Of a DNA stretch of 64,000 nucleotides, positions 10,245 through 20,997 are shown piece after piece. Where the stretch lies: assembly GCA_964531455.1 (NCBI GenBank), contig CAZHFZ010000008.1, positions 17,219 to 81,218 of the forward strand, written 5' to 3'. Made by a program: the position numbers and the translations under genes. The notes under the pieces are model-generated. The model was not told where the DNA came from. It did no database searches and saw only the letters and a program-made list of their open reading frames with translations. How positions within the stretch are numbered: the first letter of the stretch is position 1; every line of letters begins with the position of its first letter. This DNA comes from an uncultured Bordetella sp. (GTDB lineage Bacteria; Pseudomonadota; Gammaproteobacteria; Burkholderiales; SG8-41).

Positions 10245-10311
10245 TGCAAAGGCTTGCAGAAAAAGGCAAGACACCGGCGCCAGCCGGGAGCATGCAACTG
10301 TGCCGGGAAAC

Positions 10312-11448
10312 TCACTTCAACTGATCAAAAAGCAGGGTCAGTATGCGATTGGCGGTATCGGACTTTTCACGTGTGCCGTCTTTATTGAGAACCAGCACCT
10401 CGGCTCCGGCAGCACCACCCTCAACAAGAATGCGGTATTGCTCTTTGCTCGGGATTTTGGACGAACCGCCCCAGAATTTGAGCTTGGACAGCCAGCCCTT
10501 GTCTTCCGTGGTTTTGAGATCCGCGTCCGGATCGATATAGCGCACGAAGTAAATCCCCTTCGAACGATCCCGATCCTCAACAGTAAAGCCCACACGGTCA
10601 AGTGCCAAACCCACTCTGCGCCAGGCACGGTCAAACGGATCGGTCAAGGTAAGCCGGTCCCCGTCAGCACCGCGGTTGATCTTCGCCTGCAACTCGGGTC
10701 TGGTACTGGCCAGTTGGGTTCTGGCACGGCCGTCTTCCACACCAAAACGCACCATCAGCTTGCGCAACATCTCCGCCTCGAGATCGGGATCCGCCTTGCG
10801 CGGTTGCCAGCGCAACACGTCCTTGCCCTCGGAGATGTACACCTCCTCCATGCCGCGATGGCTGATGTAGATTTCAGTCGTACCGGGCTGCCCGCCCCGC
10901 TCGATGCGGGTGCGGAACTTGTCACGCTCGGATGTCGCATAAAGACTGTCAAGCGCACGACCAATCACGCCTGTGATACCGGATTGCGGGATTTTGGCCC
11001 TGTTCTCCGCCCAGTCTGTTTCCATCACTCCAGCTTCAGGCGTCTCGACATTGATGATGAACCCGGATTCCTGCCAGAAATCCTTGATGGTCAGCCACAA
11101 CTGATCCGGATTACCCGGCACAACAAGCCAACGCTGGGTGCCGGCGCGGTCGATGCGCACCTTGTCAATTTCAGGCAGGACAGTCGCGGCAGCACTGCTC
11201 TGAGGCTTGACCTTGCGATCCCTGCTGAAGTCGGAAAATGTAGTGCTCCCTTTCGGATTGGTGTCAGGAACCACGAACCTGTCATCACCACCAGGTCGCG
11301 CCAAGTCCGGGGGAATATCCAGCGGCGGCAGTTTTGTCGTCGATTTGTAATCAACTTTCTTGGTTGGAATCTCCAGCGAACCGCATGCGCCCAAAACCAG
11401 AACGGCAACAAGCGCGGCAGCCAGTGGAAAAATTTTATGCCGTTGCAT
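10312..11448 (-). CDS. bamC: Outer-membrane protein assembly factor BamC (NlpB) lipoprotein
   Basis: ORF 10312..11463 trimmed to [22 protein letters not shown]|GS (lipobox). Conserved position immediately downstream of dapA. Confidence 0.8.
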   Translation of the reverse strand: MQRHKIFPLAAALVAVLVLGACGSLEIPTKKVDYKSTTKLPPLDIPPDLARPGGDDRFVVPDTNPKGSTTFSDFSRDRKVKPQSSAAATVLPEIDKVRIDRAGTQRWLVVPGNPDQLWLTIKDFWQESGFIINVETPEAGVMETDWAENRAKIPQSGITGVIGRALDSLYATSERDKFRTRIERGGQPGTTEIYISHRGMEEVYISEGKDVLRWQPRKADPDLEAEMLRKLMVRFGVEDGRARTQLASTRPELQAKINRGADGDRLTLTDPFDRAWRRVGLALDRVGFTVEDRDRSKGIYFVRYIDPDADLKTTEDKGWLSKLKFWGGSSKIPSKEQYRILVEGGAAGAEVLVLNKDGTREKSDTANRILTLLFDQLK

Positions 11449-12364
11449 GACGCTTCTCTCCAACTAGTGCAGTCACGCCGGCCTGCTTCATCGCCTCTTG
11501 CACCAGCGCATGGTACTGCGGTGACAATTCAGTCAACGGCAAACGGATACCGCCTTTCATCAACCCAAGTTGCTGGACAGCCCACTTGACCGGAATCGGG
11601 TTGGCTTCGCAGAACAGATGACGGTGCAAACCGAGCAGACGATTATTGATCTCCACCGCCTTGGCGGCATTGCCGCCCAAGGCGGCATCACACATTTCAC
11701 GCATCAAACGTGGCGCCACATTCGAAGTTACTGAAATGACGCCATCCCCTCCCAGCAGCATCAAGGCAATGCCGGTTGCATCATCGCCGCTGTAAACACA
11801 AAACTCTTTGGGTTTGCGTCGCAGCAGGTCGGTGCAGCGCTCCAGATTGCCGGTGGCGTCCTTGATGCCGACGATGCCGGGCACCTGGGCGAGCCGCAGT
11901 ACCGTGTCATTGGCCATATCAGCCACCGTGCGGCCAGGTACGTTGTACAGGATCTGCGGGATGTCCACCGCCTCGGCGATGGCCTTGAAATGGCGGTACA
12001 AACCTTCCTGCGTCGGCTTGTTGTAATAAGGCACCACCGAAAGACTCATTACCGCACCCGCCTTCTTGGCGAAGCGCGACAACTCGATCGCTTCGCGCGT
12101 GGAGTTGGCGCCAGTGCCGGCAATGATCGGAACTCGGCTGGCGGCATGACGTACCGCGGTTTCGATCAACAGCCCGTGCTCGTCGAAATCGACCGTCGGA
12201 GACTCCCCGGTGGTGCCGACCACTACAATGCCGTTGGTGCCTTCGGCTATGTGCCAGTCGATCAGGCGGCGAAAAGCATCGAGGTCCAGCCCGCCATCCT
12301 CCTGCATGGGCGTGACGATCGCCACCAGGCTACCGCGAATCAGCGCCAAGTCATTGTTTTTCAT
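11435..12364 (-). CDS. dapA: 4-hydroxy-tetrahydrodipicolinate synthase
   Basis: ORF 11435..12415 trimmed to [20 protein letters not shown] at 12364. Canonical DapA motifs GTTGES and YNVPGRT. Confidence 0.95.
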   Translation of the reverse strand: MKNNDLALIRGSLVAIVTPMQEDGGLDLDAFRRLIDWHIAEGTNGIVVVGTTGESPTVDFDEHGLLIETAVRHAASRVPIIAGTGANSTREAIELSRFAKKAGAVMSLSVVPYYNKPTQEGLYRHFKAIAEAVDIPQILYNVPGRTVADMANDTVLRLAQVPGIVGIKDATGNLERCTDLLRRKPKEFCVYSGDDATGIALMLLGGDGVISVTSNVAPRLMREMCDAALGGNAAKAVEINNRLLGLHRHLFCEANPIPVKWAVQQLGLMKGGIRLPLTELSPQYHALVQEAMKQAGVTALVGEKRHATA

Positions 12365-12550
12365 TGGAAATTTATTGCCACCTAGAGTAATCCCAATATT
12401 GTACCCGAAGGCCAAGGTACACGGATACCTGTATGCCAGCGCAACACCCAGCCGCCATCTCCAGAACCGCCCACTCTTTATGTTTTGTACATGGTAAAGA
12501 CCTGAGCGCTACAGCCCATTAACCGGAATCAACCATGAACGGCTGATTGT

Positions 12551-12606
12551 CTTACAGCTGTCACATTGGGGCTTTAAATTCGCGAATTAGTTCAACAGTA
12601 GTTGAA
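12551..12606 (+). promoter_or_regulatory. Candidate ars promoter (TTACAG-N17-TAAATT) followed by two perfect palindromes (candidate ArsR operators)
   Basis: AATTCGCGAATT at 12577-12588 and TTCAACAGTAGTTGAA at 12591-12606, 27 nt upstream of the gapdh ATG. The -35/-10 hexamers were assigned by eye. Confidence 0.4.
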
Positions 12607-12632
12607 ACGTCAAAATATTACGGGAGTACTGC

Positions 12633-13676
12633 ATGAAAGTAGGCATCAATGGCATGGGGCGGATTGGGCGTCTGGCCTTGCGCGCAGCAATGGGCGCCGC
12701 TGAACGGCCCGGCGATGATCCCCGAGCCGGCAATCGACTCGAAGTGGTGCATCTTAACGAACTTAAAGGCGGAGCCCCCGCAACCGCTCACCTTTTGGCT
12801 TTCGACAGCGTACAGGGCAAATGGCGCGCCGACATCGCCGCCGAGAATGAGCAGACCATACGCATTGATGAGCGGCGTCTGTCATTCAGCGCTCATGCCA
12901 CGAGCGCCGAAATTCCCTGGGGCGACCTTGGCGTGGATCTGGTACTCGAATGCACCGGCAAATTCCTGACGCCAGAAACACTGGAAGGTCACCTGAAGCG
13001 GGGCGCCAAACGGGTCATCGTCGCTGCGCCGGTGAAGACCGGAGGCATACTGAATATCGTCGTCGGCATCAATCACCAACAATATGATCCGGCCAGGGAT
13101 CGCATTGTCACGGCCGCATCCTGCACCACCAACTGCCTCGCGCCGGTAGTGAAAGTAGTGCATGACAATCTGGGCATCCGTCACGGACAGATCACCACGA
13201 TCCACGACCCCACCAATACCAATCTGGTGGTGGACGCACCGCACAAGGACTTGCGTCGCGCGCGCAGCGCGATGCTGAGCCTGGCGCCCACGACCACCGG
13301 CAGCGCCACCGCGATTGCGCTGATATATCCCGAACTCAAGGGCAAACTCAACGGCCACGCCGTGCGCGCCCCGGTATTGAATGCCTCGCTCACTGACTGC
13401 GTGTTCGAACTGCAGCGCACCACCACTGCGGAAGAGGTCAACGCCCTGTTTGCCGAAGCCGCAAAAGGATCCCTCGCTGGCATTCTGGGTTACGAAACAC
13501 GGCCACTGGTCAGCGCCGATTACGCACGCGACACCCGCAGCAGCATCGTCGATGCATTGTCGACCATGGTCACCGACGGCACCTTGCTCAAGGTTTACGC
13601 CTGGTACGACAACGAAATGGCTTATGCCTGCCGCATGGTCGACCTCGCCTGCCACATGAAAAACACCGGGATCTGA
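12633..13676 (+). CDS. ArsJ-associated glyceraldehyde-3-phosphate dehydrogenase
   Basis: 347 aa. GAPDH fold with [11 protein letters not shown] motif and catalytic SCTTNC. Stop codon lies 1 nt before the arsJ start. Confidence 0.85.
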   Translation: MKVGINGMGRIGRLALRAAMGAAERPGDDPRAGNRLEVVHLNELKGGAPATAHLLAFDSVQGKWRADIAAENEQTIRIDERRLSFSAHATSAEIPWGDLGVDLVLECTGKFLTPETLEGHLKRGAKRVIVAAPVKTGGILNIVVGINHQQYDPARDRIVTAASCTTNCLAPVVKVVHDNLGIRHGQITTIHDPTNTNLVVDAPHKDLRRARSAMLSLAPTTTGSATAIALIYPELKGKLNGHAVRAPVLNASLTDCVFELQRTTTAEEVNALFAEAAKGSLAGILGYETRPLVSADYARDTRSSIVDALSTMVTDGTLLKVYAWYDNEMAYACRMVDLACHMKNTGI

Positions 13677-13677
13677 G

Positions 13678-14919
13678 ATGCAGCACGCCGTGCGCAATTA
13701 CGCCATCGTCACCGCGGCGTACTGGGGATTCACCCTCACCGACGGTGCCTTGCGCATGCTGGTGCTGCTGCATTTTTACCGGCTGGGCTACTCGCCGTTC
13801 ACGCTGGCATTTTTGTTTCTGCTTTACGAAGCCGCCGGCGTGGTCGCCAACCTGATCGGCGGCTGGCTGGCGGTCCGCTTCGGCATCGCAAAAATGCTGA
13901 TGGTCGGACTCACCACCCAGATCATCGGTTTCACCCTGCTCTCGCAACTCAATCCCGATTGGACGGCAGCGCTGTCGGTAGCCTGGGTATTGGTGGCGCA
14001 GGGCATTTGCGGTGTGGCCAAGGACCTGACCAAAACCGCCAGTAAATCAGCGATCAAGGTAACAGCGGATCAGGTCAAAAATCAGCAGGCCGGGCAGTTG
14101 TTCAAATGGGTCGCGTGGTTTACCGGCAGCAAAAATGCGATGAAAGGCGTCGGCTTTTTCTTGGGTGGCCTGCTGCTCGAAACATTGGGTTTCAAGGTGT
14201 CGCTGTGGCTGATGGCCGGGCTGCTCGCACTGGTGCTGCTTGGCGTGGTGTTTTCACTGCCGCCGATGATGGGCAAAAGCAAGGCCTCGAAATCGGCAAA
14301 GGAACTGTTCGCCAAAAATCCGGGCATCAATGCGCTGGCGGCAGCACGCGTCGTATTGTTCGGTGCACGCGATGTCTGGTTCGTAGTCGGCGTTCCGGTT
14401 TATTTGTATTCGGTCGGATGGACATTTTCCATGGTCGGCGGTTTTCTCGCTGTATGGACCATCGGCTACGGTCTGGTGCAGGCCCTTGCACCACAACTGG
14501 TTCGCCGCAGCCAGGATGGCCTGAGCCACGAAGTGCCGGCCGCCCGCGCCTGGTCTGCGGTGCTGGCGCTGATTCCTGCAGGACTTGCAGCCGCGGTATA
14601 CCTTGATGTGCCACAACTGCAATGGGTCGTGGTAATCGGCCTCGGCATTTTCGGTTTTGTATTTGCGGTGAACTCTTCCGTTCATAGCTACCTGGTGCTG
14701 GCTTATGCGGGTTCTGAAAAAGCCGCCGAGGACGTGGGTTTTTACTATGCCGCCAATGCATTGGGGCGTTTTCTCGGCACCCTGCTTTCGGGATTGCTTT
14801 ACCAATGGGGTGGACTGATTTATGCACTGCTCGGATCCGCACTGATGCTGTTGATCTGCTGGCTGATCACCCTGCGCCTTCCTGAAGCACGACCGGCCGC
14901 AATCGGCGCGGCAACATGA
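13678..14919 (+). CDS. arsJ: MFS organoarsenical (1-arseno-3-phosphoglycerate) efflux permease ArsJ
   Basis: 413-aa polytopic MFS protein immediately downstream of the dedicated GAPDH. This pairing is the published ArsJ signature. Confidence 0.8.
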   Translation: MQHAVRNYAIVTAAYWGFTLTDGALRMLVLLHFYRLGYSPFTLAFLFLLYEAAGVVANLIGGWLAVRFGIAKMLMVGLTTQIIGFTLLSQLNPDWTAALSVAWVLVAQGICGVAKDLTKTASKSAIKVTADQVKNQQAGQLFKWVAWFTGSKNAMKGVGFFLGGLLLETLGFKVSLWLMAGLLALVLLGVVFSLPPMMGKSKASKSAKELFAKNPGINALAAARVVLFGARDVWFVVGVPVYLYSVGWTFSMVGGFLAVWTIGYGLVQALAPQLVRRSQDGLSHEVPAARAWSAVLALIPAGLAAAVYLDVPQLQWVVVIGLGIFGFVFAVNSSVHSYLVLAYAGSEKAAEDVGFYYAANALGRFLGTLLSGLLYQWGGLIYALLGSALMLLICWLITLRLPEARPAAIGAAT

Positions 14920-15323
14920 TCACCGAAGCGGCTTTAACCAATGAGGCCCGTTTTGTGAAAGCACTGGCGGCGCTGGCACAGATTTCGCGTCTGCGCGTAT
15001 TTCGTCTGCTGGTGGGCGCCGGAAATGAAGGTTTGTATCCCGGGCAGATCGCCGATGCACTGGCCATTCCGGGCAATGCACTGTCTTTCCACTTGAAAGA
15101 ACTGCATTACTGCGGCCTGGTCACTCAATCGCGCGAAGGACGGTTTCTGCGCTACCGTGCCGACCTTGAAACGATGCGGCAGCTGATGGAATTCCTGGCT
15201 GCGCACTGTTGTCATGGAACATCTTGCGGCGTGATTCCGGCCATCGATTGTCAGACACCAAATACTTCAGATGCACAGTCAGGCATCAGGCAATTACAGG
15301 CCGCAAACCAATCACCGACTTGA
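14916..15323 (+). CDS. arsR: ArsR/SmtB-family metalloregulator
   Basis: 135 aa. wHTH (ISRLRVFRLL...GQIADALAIPGNALSFHLKEL). C-terminal Cys cluster CC-x4-C (C98, C99, C104) resembles the A. ferrooxidans-type As(III) site. ATGA overlap with arsJ. Confidence 0.85.
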   Translation: MITEAALTNEARFVKALAALAQISRLRVFRLLVGAGNEGLYPGQIADALAIPGNALSFHLKELHYCGLVTQSREGRFLRYRADLETMRQLMEFLAAHCCHGTSCGVIPAIDCQTPNTSDAQSGIRQLQAANQSPT

Positions 15324-15346
15324 TACAAAACAAAATGGGAGAAATC

Positions 15347-15847
15347 ATGGATAAAAAAACATTCAATGTGCTGTTTCTTTGCACCGCCAACTCCGCGCGC
15401 AGCATCATGGCTGAAGCCATACTCAACCAGAACGGCAAAGGCCGCTTAATCGGTTACAGCGCCGGCAGTCAACCCGCAGCGGCCGTGAATCCACACGCCA
15501 TTGCGCTGCTGAAGCGCCACAATGTCAGCATCGACAGACTGCGCGCCAAGGACTGGTCGGAATTCGCGCAACCGGATGCGCCTAAAATGGATTTTGTTTT
15601 GACGGTCTGCGACAAGGCTGCCGGCGAAGTCTGTCCGATATGGCCGGGCCAGCCGATGACCGCACACTGGGGCGTTGATGATCCGGCGATGGTGAAAGGC
15701 GAAGAGGAGACGATCATGAAAGCGTTCTACGACGCCTATATGGTGCTCAACCGGCGCATCGCAATTTTCCTGAGCCTGCCCATCGAAAAACTCGACCAGA
15801 TCTCGCTGCGCAAGGAATTGGACAGCATCGGCAGCGTCAAGGCCTGA
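15347..15847 (+). CDS. arsC: Arsenate reductase, LMW-PTPase / thioredoxin-coupled type
   Basis: ORF 15209..15847 trimmed to the ATG at 15347 (GGGAGA RBS). P-loop CTANSARS (CX5R) and downstream Cys pair in VCDKAAGEVCP. Confidence 0.9.
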   Translation: MDKKTFNVLFLCTANSARSIMAEAILNQNGKGRLIGYSAGSQPAAAVNPHAIALLKRHNVSIDRLRAKDWSEFAQPDAPKMDFVLTVCDKAAGEVCPIWPGQPMTAHWGVDDPAMVKGEEETIMKAFYDAYMVLNRRIAIFLSLPIEKLDQISLRKELDSIGSVKA

Positions 15848-15906
15848 ACAAACGGGCCGTCTTATTGCACTGATTGCACTGATCGCAAAGCAGCGAAGGA
15901 ATTGCC

Positions 15907-16920
15907 TTGGGTTTATTTGAACGGTATTTGAGCGCCTGGGTTGGCCTGGGCATGGCCGCCGGTGTCGCCCTGGGTCTGCTGATCCCGGGTTTTTTTCAGG
16001 CCATCGCGCAACTTGAATACGAGCACGTCAACCTTGTGGTCGCCGTATTTATCTGGGTGATGATTTACCCGATGATGATCCAGATCGACTGGAGTGCGGT
16101 AAAACAGGTGGGGCGCAGACCGCAGGGGCTGATGCTGACGCTGATCATCAACTGGCTGGTCAAGCCATTCACCATGGCGGCCCTTGCCGTTTTGTTTTTC
16201 GATTATCTCTTTGCACCTTGGGTCAACCCTCAAACCGCCAATGAATATATCGCCGGCATGATCCTGCTCGGCGTGGCGCCCTGTACCGCCATGGTGTTCG
16301 TTTGGAGCCAGTTGGTGAAGGGGGATGCCAGCTACACCCTCGTTCAGGTTTCGGTCAACGACCTGATCATGGTGGTGGCTTTTGCCCCGATCGCAGGACT
16401 GCTGCTGGGGCTGACCGATGTCACGGTGCCCTGGGCCACGCTGCTGCTGTCGACAGTGCTCTACGTCGTATTACCACTGCTGGCCGGCATGGCCACCCGC
16501 AATTTTTTGGCCCGACGATCAGCGCAGGCCATCGGCAACTTCGTACTCCGCCTCAAATCCTGGTCGGTGGCGGGCCTGATCGGCACCGTAGTGCTGCTGT
16601 TCGGCTTCCAGGCGGGCACCATCGTCGAGCAACCCTTGATCATTGGCCTGATTGCCGTGCCGCTGGTGCTGCAGACATACGGGATCTTTTTTATTTCATG
16701 GTGGGCGGCACGCCGGCTTAAACTGCCGCATGACATTGCCGGTCCCGCATGCCTGATCGGCACTTCGAATTTTTTTGAACTTGCGGTTGCGGTGGCGATT
16801 TCCCTGTTCGGGCTGCACTCCGGCGCTGCATTGGCGACGGTGGTTGGTGTGCTGGTAGAGGTTCCGGTGATGCTGACGCTGGTCGCGCTGGTCAATGCCT
16901 GGAAACCCCGCAGCACCTGA
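15907..16920 (+). CDS. acr3: Arsenite efflux permease ACR3 family
   Basis: 337 aa, about 10 TM segments. Conserved ACR3 motif GVAPCTAMV. The start is a TTG (no upstream in-frame ATG), so its position is uncertain. Confidence 0.88.
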   Translation: MGLFERYLSAWVGLGMAAGVALGLLIPGFFQAIAQLEYEHVNLVVAVFIWVMIYPMMIQIDWSAVKQVGRRPQGLMLTLIINWLVKPFTMAALAVLFFDYLFAPWVNPQTANEYIAGMILLGVAPCTAMVFVWSQLVKGDASYTLVQVSVNDLIMVVAFAPIAGLLLGLTDVTVPWATLLLSTVLYVVLPLLAGMATRNFLARRSAQAIGNFVLRLKSWSVAGLIGTVVLLFGFQAGTIVEQPLIIGLIAVPLVLQTYGIFFISWWAARRLKLPHDIAGPACLIGTSNFFELAVAVAISLFGLHSGAALATVVGVLVEVPVMLTLVALVNAWKPRST

Positions 16921-17030
16921 GCCTGCCTGCAGGTATTGCGTTGCAAGGTGACTTTCTGACCTAAGCTACCGGCGCGCCTCAAAATAATATTGTAAGTAAT
17001 TGATTTTATTATATTTTTTCAATTATTACA

Positions 17031-17048
17031 TTGTCATTCTATTGCAAT
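17031..17048 (+). promoter_or_regulatory. Candidate Pho box (TTGTCAT-TCTA-TTGCAAT) in an AT-rich pstS promoter region
   Basis: 7-4-7 direct-repeat layout resembling the PhoB consensus CTGTCAT-AAAA-CTGTCAT. It lies in an ~80-bp segment that is far more AT-rich than its surroundings, ~85 nt upstream of pstS. Confidence 0.4.
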
Positions 17049-17131
17049 ATTTGAGCGTTAGAGTCCTTCTGGCTTATGAGCCCCGCACTATAGGCGTCAT
17101 TTGCAAACTCTAATTTATCGAGGAAGGTCAT

Positions 17132-18157
17132 ATGAACGCATTCATCCGAAATTTTGCAGTCGCCGCGGCTTCTGCCCTGGCGATGGTGTCAGCTGCACAG
17201 GCTGCCGACATCACCGGCGCAGGCGCCACTTTCCCGTACCCAATCTATGCCAAATGGGCTGAAGCCTACAAAAAGTCCACCAATGTCGGCCTCAACTATC
17301 AGTCGATCGGTTCTTCCGGCGGCATCCGCCAGATTCGCGCCAAGACTGTAGCTTTTGGTGGAACAGACGCCCCGTTAAGCGGCGCCGAACTCGACAAAGA
17401 CGGCATGGTGCAGTTTCCCGCCATCCTCGGCGGCGTGGTCCCGATCATTAACCTTGATGGTTTCAAGCCGGGTGAACTGAAAGTCACGGGCGAAGTACTG
17501 GCTGAAATGTTCATGGGCACCATCCCCAAATGGAACGATGCCAAGATCGCCGCTCTGAACCCCGGCAAAAAACTGCCGGATCAGGCCATCACCGTAGTGC
17601 ACCGCGCCGACGGTTCCGGCACCACCTTCATCTTCACCGACTACCTCAACGAAGTCAGCGCCGCATGGAAAGAAAAAGTCGGCAAAGGCGCAGCAGTCAA
17701 ATGGCCGGCAGCGACTTCGGTCGGCGGCAAGGGCAACGAAGGTGTGGCAGCCAACGTCAACCGCGTCAAAGGCTCCGTCGGTTATGTCGAATACGCCTAT
17801 GCCAAGAAAAACAACATCCCGCACCTGCAGATGCGTAACCGCGACGGCAAGTTTGTGGATCCGGACGACAAAACTTTCGCCGCTGCAGCCGCAGGCGCCG
17901 ACTGGTTCAGCGTCCCGGGCATGGGCATTTCACTGGTGAATCTGAGGGGTGCCGATTCCTGGCCCATCACCGGCGCTTCGTTCATCCTGATGTACAAGAA
18001 CCCGACCGACAAAGCCATGTCGCAGGATGTTCTGAAATTCTTCGACTGGTCGTTCAAGAACGGCAAGCAGATGGCGCTGGAACTGGACTATGTCCCGCTG
18101 CCGGACGTTCTGACCAAGGCGATTACCGAGAAAGTCTGGACGCAGATTGCCAAATAA
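17132..18157 (+). CDS. pstS: Phosphate ABC transporter substrate-binding protein PstS
   Basis: 341 aa. Signal peptide ...AAQA|A, then GAGATFPYPIYAKWA, the canonical PstS N-terminus. Confidence 0.95.
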   Translation: MNAFIRNFAVAAASALAMVSAAQAADITGAGATFPYPIYAKWAEAYKKSTNVGLNYQSIGSSGGIRQIRAKTVAFGGTDAPLSGAELDKDGMVQFPAILGGVVPIINLDGFKPGELKVTGEVLAEMFMGTIPKWNDAKIAALNPGKKLPDQAITVVHRADGSGTTFIFTDYLNEVSAAWKEKVGKGAAVKWPAATSVGGKGNEGVAANVNRVKGSVGYVEYAYAKKNNIPHLQMRNRDGKFVDPDDKTFAAAAAGADWFSVPGMGISLVNLRGADSWPITGASFILMYKNPTDKAMSQDVLKFFDWSFKNGKQMALELDYVPLPDVLTKAITEKVWTQIAK

Positions 18158-18173
18158 GCTCTAAATAAGGTAC

Positions 18174-18205
18174 GGAGTGCCCTTTACGGGCACTCCTTCT
18201 TTTTG
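18174..18205 (+). terminator. Intra-operon rho-independent terminator/attenuator after pstS
   Basis: GGAGTGCCC-TTTAC-GGGCACTCC (perfect 9-bp stem) followed by TTCTTTTT. Confidence 0.7.
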
Positions 18206-18258
18206 GTTAGTAAAGTTAGTCAGTCAATAAGCAGTAAAGCACCATTTCCGGAGCATTC

Positions 18259-19281
18259 ATGAATACGTCCGCGGCAGAGAGCGCAACAACGTCAGGCAGT
18301 GCACCCGTGTCCGAAAGCGGAATGCGTGACCAGCGTCTGCTGCAGATCATCAAGAAGCAGCGTATTCAGGATTTCATATTCCACAAGATCACCCTGAGTT
18401 TTTCACTGATTGTGCTGGTCTCGCTGATCGGGATCCTGATCTCACTCGCAATCGTTGCCTGGCCGGCGCTGCAGAAATTCGGCGTCGGGTTTATCTGGCG
18501 CGTCGAGTGGGACATCATCAATGAAGAGTTTGGCGCCGCCATCGCGATTTTCGGCACCTTATCCAACGCCACCATCGCCATCCTCATCGCCATGCCGCTC
18601 AGCTTCGGCATTGCCCTGTTCCTGACCGAAACCTGCCCCACCTGGCTGCGCCGGCCCCTCGGCACTGCCATCGAATTGCTTGCCGCCGTGCCCTCGATCA
18701 TTTACGGCATGTTCGGCCTGTTTGTGTTCGCCCCGCTTTTTGCCGAATACGGCCAACCCGCGATGCAGTCCACCCTCGGGCAGATGCCCATCATCGGACC
18801 GCTGTTTGGCGGCGCCACCAACGGCATCGGCATCCTTGCCGCGGGCCTGATCCTGGCATTCATGATCCTGCCATTCATCGCTGCGGTGATGCGCGATGTG
18901 TTCGAAATCGTGCCCCCCATCCTGCGCGAGTCGGCCTATGGCATCGGCTGCACGACTTGGGAGGTGGTACGGTACATCGTGCTGCCCTACACCCAACAGG
19001 GCGTCATTGGCGGTGTGATGCTCGGACTGGGCCGCGCGCTCGGCGAAACCATGGCGGTGACCTTTGTCATCGGCAATTCCCAACGCATCAGCGCCTCACT
19101 CTTCTCACCGGGAACGTCGATCGCATCAACCCTGGCCAATGAATTCGGCGAGGCTGACGATTTCCACCTGTCGACGCTGTTCGCCTTGGGCCTGCTGCTG
19201 TTCGTGATCACCTTCGTGGTACTGGCCTGCGCAAAAATCCTGATCATCCGCACCGAACGGGCCAAGGGCCTGAAAACCTGA
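18259..19281 (+). CDS. pstC: Phosphate ABC transporter permease PstC
   Basis: 340-aa polytopic membrane protein in pstS-C-A-B order, with EAA-like loop ([13 protein letters not shown]). Confidence 0.93.
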   Translation: MNTSAAESATTSGSAPVSESGMRDQRLLQIIKKQRIQDFIFHKITLSFSLIVLVSLIGILISLAIVAWPALQKFGVGFIWRVEWDIINEEFGAAIAIFGTLSNATIAILIAMPLSFGIALFLTETCPTWLRRPLGTAIELLAAVPSIIYGMFGLFVFAPLFAEYGQPAMQSTLGQMPIIGPLFGGATNGIGILAAGLILAFMILPFIAAVMRDVFEIVPPILRESAYGIGCTTWEVVRYIVLPYTQQGVIGGVMLGLGRALGETMAVTFVIGNSQRISASLFSPGTSIASTLANEFGEADDFHLSTLFALGLLLFVITFVVLACAKILIIRTERAKGLKT

Positions 19282-19309
19282 ACCCGACCAATCAAATAGG
19301 CAAACTGGA

Positions 19310-20158
19310 ATGAATAACAACCTGTATCGCAGGCGCCTAATGTCCAACCGCATCGGCATAACGCTGTCCATGCTGGCGATGGTCCTCGGCATTTCCGTGC
19401 TGCTGTGGATACTGTTCGTACTGTTCAAGAACGGATTCCAGGCACTGGACTGGAACATATTTTTCAAATCGACACCGGCGCCCGGTTCCGAGGGCGGCGG
19501 TCTGGCCAATGCCATCGTCGGCAGTCTGATGATGGTCGGCTTCGCGACTCTGGTGAGCACACCAATCGGCATTCTCGCCGGCATCTACCTCGCCGAGTTC
19601 GGCGAAACCAGCAAGACGGCTGAAATCACCCGCTTCATGACCGACATCATGTTGAGCGCCCCGTCCATCGTGCTGGGCCTGTTCGTGTATGCGATTCTGG
19701 TCGCCCAGGTCAAACATTTCTCCGGCTGGGCTGGCACCATTGCGCTCGCGCTGATCGCCATTCCTGTGGTGCTGAGGACGACTGAAAATATGCTGCGCCT
19801 GGTACCCGGCAGCCTGCGCGAGGCCGCCTTCGCTCTGGGTGCACCGCGCTGGAAAGTGACCACCATGGTCACCCTGCGCGCAGCCAAAAGCGGCGTTGTC
19901 ACCGGTGTGCTTCTGGCATTGGCCCGGATCAGCGGCGAAACCGCACCGCTGCTCTTTACCGCGCTGAACAACCAGTTCTTCTCGCTTGACATGGGTGGCC
20001 CGATGGCCAACCTGCCGGTGGTGATTTTCCAGTTTGCACTGAGCCCCTACGACAACTGGGTACGCCTGGACTGGGGCGGTGCGCTGCTGATCACATTAAC
20101 GGTACTGGTATTGAATATCCTGGCACGTGTGTTCTTCCGCGAGAAGGTATCAGCCTGA
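19310..20158 (+). CDS. pstA: Phosphate ABC transporter permease PstA
   Basis: 282-aa membrane protein. Motif [14 protein letters not shown]. Confidence 0.93.
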   Translation: MNNNLYRRRLMSNRIGITLSMLAMVLGISVLLWILFVLFKNGFQALDWNIFFKSTPAPGSEGGGLANAIVGSLMMVGFATLVSTPIGILAGIYLAEFGETSKTAEITRFMTDIMLSAPSIVLGLFVYAILVAQVKHFSGWAGTIALALIAIPVVLRTTENMLRLVPGSLREAAFALGAPRWKVTTMVTLRAAKSGVVTGVLLALARISGETAPLLFTALNNQFFSLDMGGPMANLPVVIFQFALSPYDNWVRLDWGGALLITLTVLVLNILARVFFREKVSA

Positions 20159-20208
20159 CCGCGCCGGTTAACCGCAACCATCACCAAATCCAGCCAAAAG
20201 AGCACGTC

Positions 20209-20988
20209 ATGAACAACACTCAAGAGCAAGAACCCAAGATCGCGATTCAGATCCGCAACATGAATTTTTTCTACGGAAAATTTCAGGGACTGAAGGACAT
20301 CAACCTCGACATCGCCGAGCACAAGGTCACCGCGTTCATCGGCCCTTCTGGCTGCGGCAAGTCCACGCTGCTGCGTGCACTAAATCGCATGTACAGCCTG
20401 TATCCCGGGCAAAGGGCCGAAGGCGAAATTAATTTCTACGGTCAGAACATCCTCGAACCGAAGCAGGATCTGAACCTGCTGCGCGCCCGCATCGGCATGG
20501 TGTTTCAGAAACCGACGCCGTTCCCGATGTCGATCTACGACAACATCGCCTTCGGCGTACGTCTTTATGAAAACCTGTCCAAAGGTGAAATGGATGAACG
20601 GGTGCAATGGGCGCTGACCAAGACAGCGCTGTGGAATGAAGCCAAGGACAAGCTTAACCAGAGCGGCCTTGCACTCTCGGGGGGCCAGCAGCAGCGCCTT
20701 TGCATCGCGCGATCGGTCGCGGTCAAACCATCGGTGATCCTTCTGGATGAACCGACTTCCGCCCTTGATCCGATTTCCACTGCAAAAATCGAAGAGCTGG
20801 TGAGCGAACTCAAGTCCGAGTACACCGTGGCAATTGTGACCCACAACATGCAGCAGGCAGCACGGGTTTCCGATTTTACCGCCTACATGTATCTCGGCGA
20901 AATGATCGAATTCGGAAAAACCGACCAGATCTTCATCAAGCCGCAGAAACAGGCGACGGAAGACTACATCACCGGACGCTTCGGATAA
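20209..20988 (+). CDS. pstB: Phosphate ABC transporter ATP-binding protein PstB
   Basis: 259 aa. Walker [10 protein letters not shown], signature LSGGQQQRL, Walker B ILLDEP. Confidence 0.97.
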   Translation: MNNTQEQEPKIAIQIRNMNFFYGKFQGLKDINLDIAEHKVTAFIGPSGCGKSTLLRALNRMYSLYPGQRAEGEINFYGQNILEPKQDLNLLRARIGMVFQKPTPFPMSIYDNIAFGVRLYENLSKGEMDERVQWALTKTALWNEAKDKLNQSGLALSGGQQQRLCIARSVAVKPSVILLDEPTSALDPISTAKIEELVSELKSEYTVAIVTHNMQQAARVSDFTAYMYLGEMIEFGKTDQIFIKPQKQATEDYITGRFG

Positions 20989-20997
20989 GCGCTGAAT

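Noticed and set aside
10087-11589. Long antisense ORFs of 350-500 aa (10087..11589, 24331..25392, 43582..44649, 44741..45853, 54403..55827, 59143..60348 and others)
   Set aside because: Each lies opposite a gene with unmistakable family motifs (bamC, ftsH, dehydrogenase, enolase enzyme, purF/paiB, accD). They are Arg/His/Gly/Gln-rich, as expected from antisense translation of GC3-rich genes.
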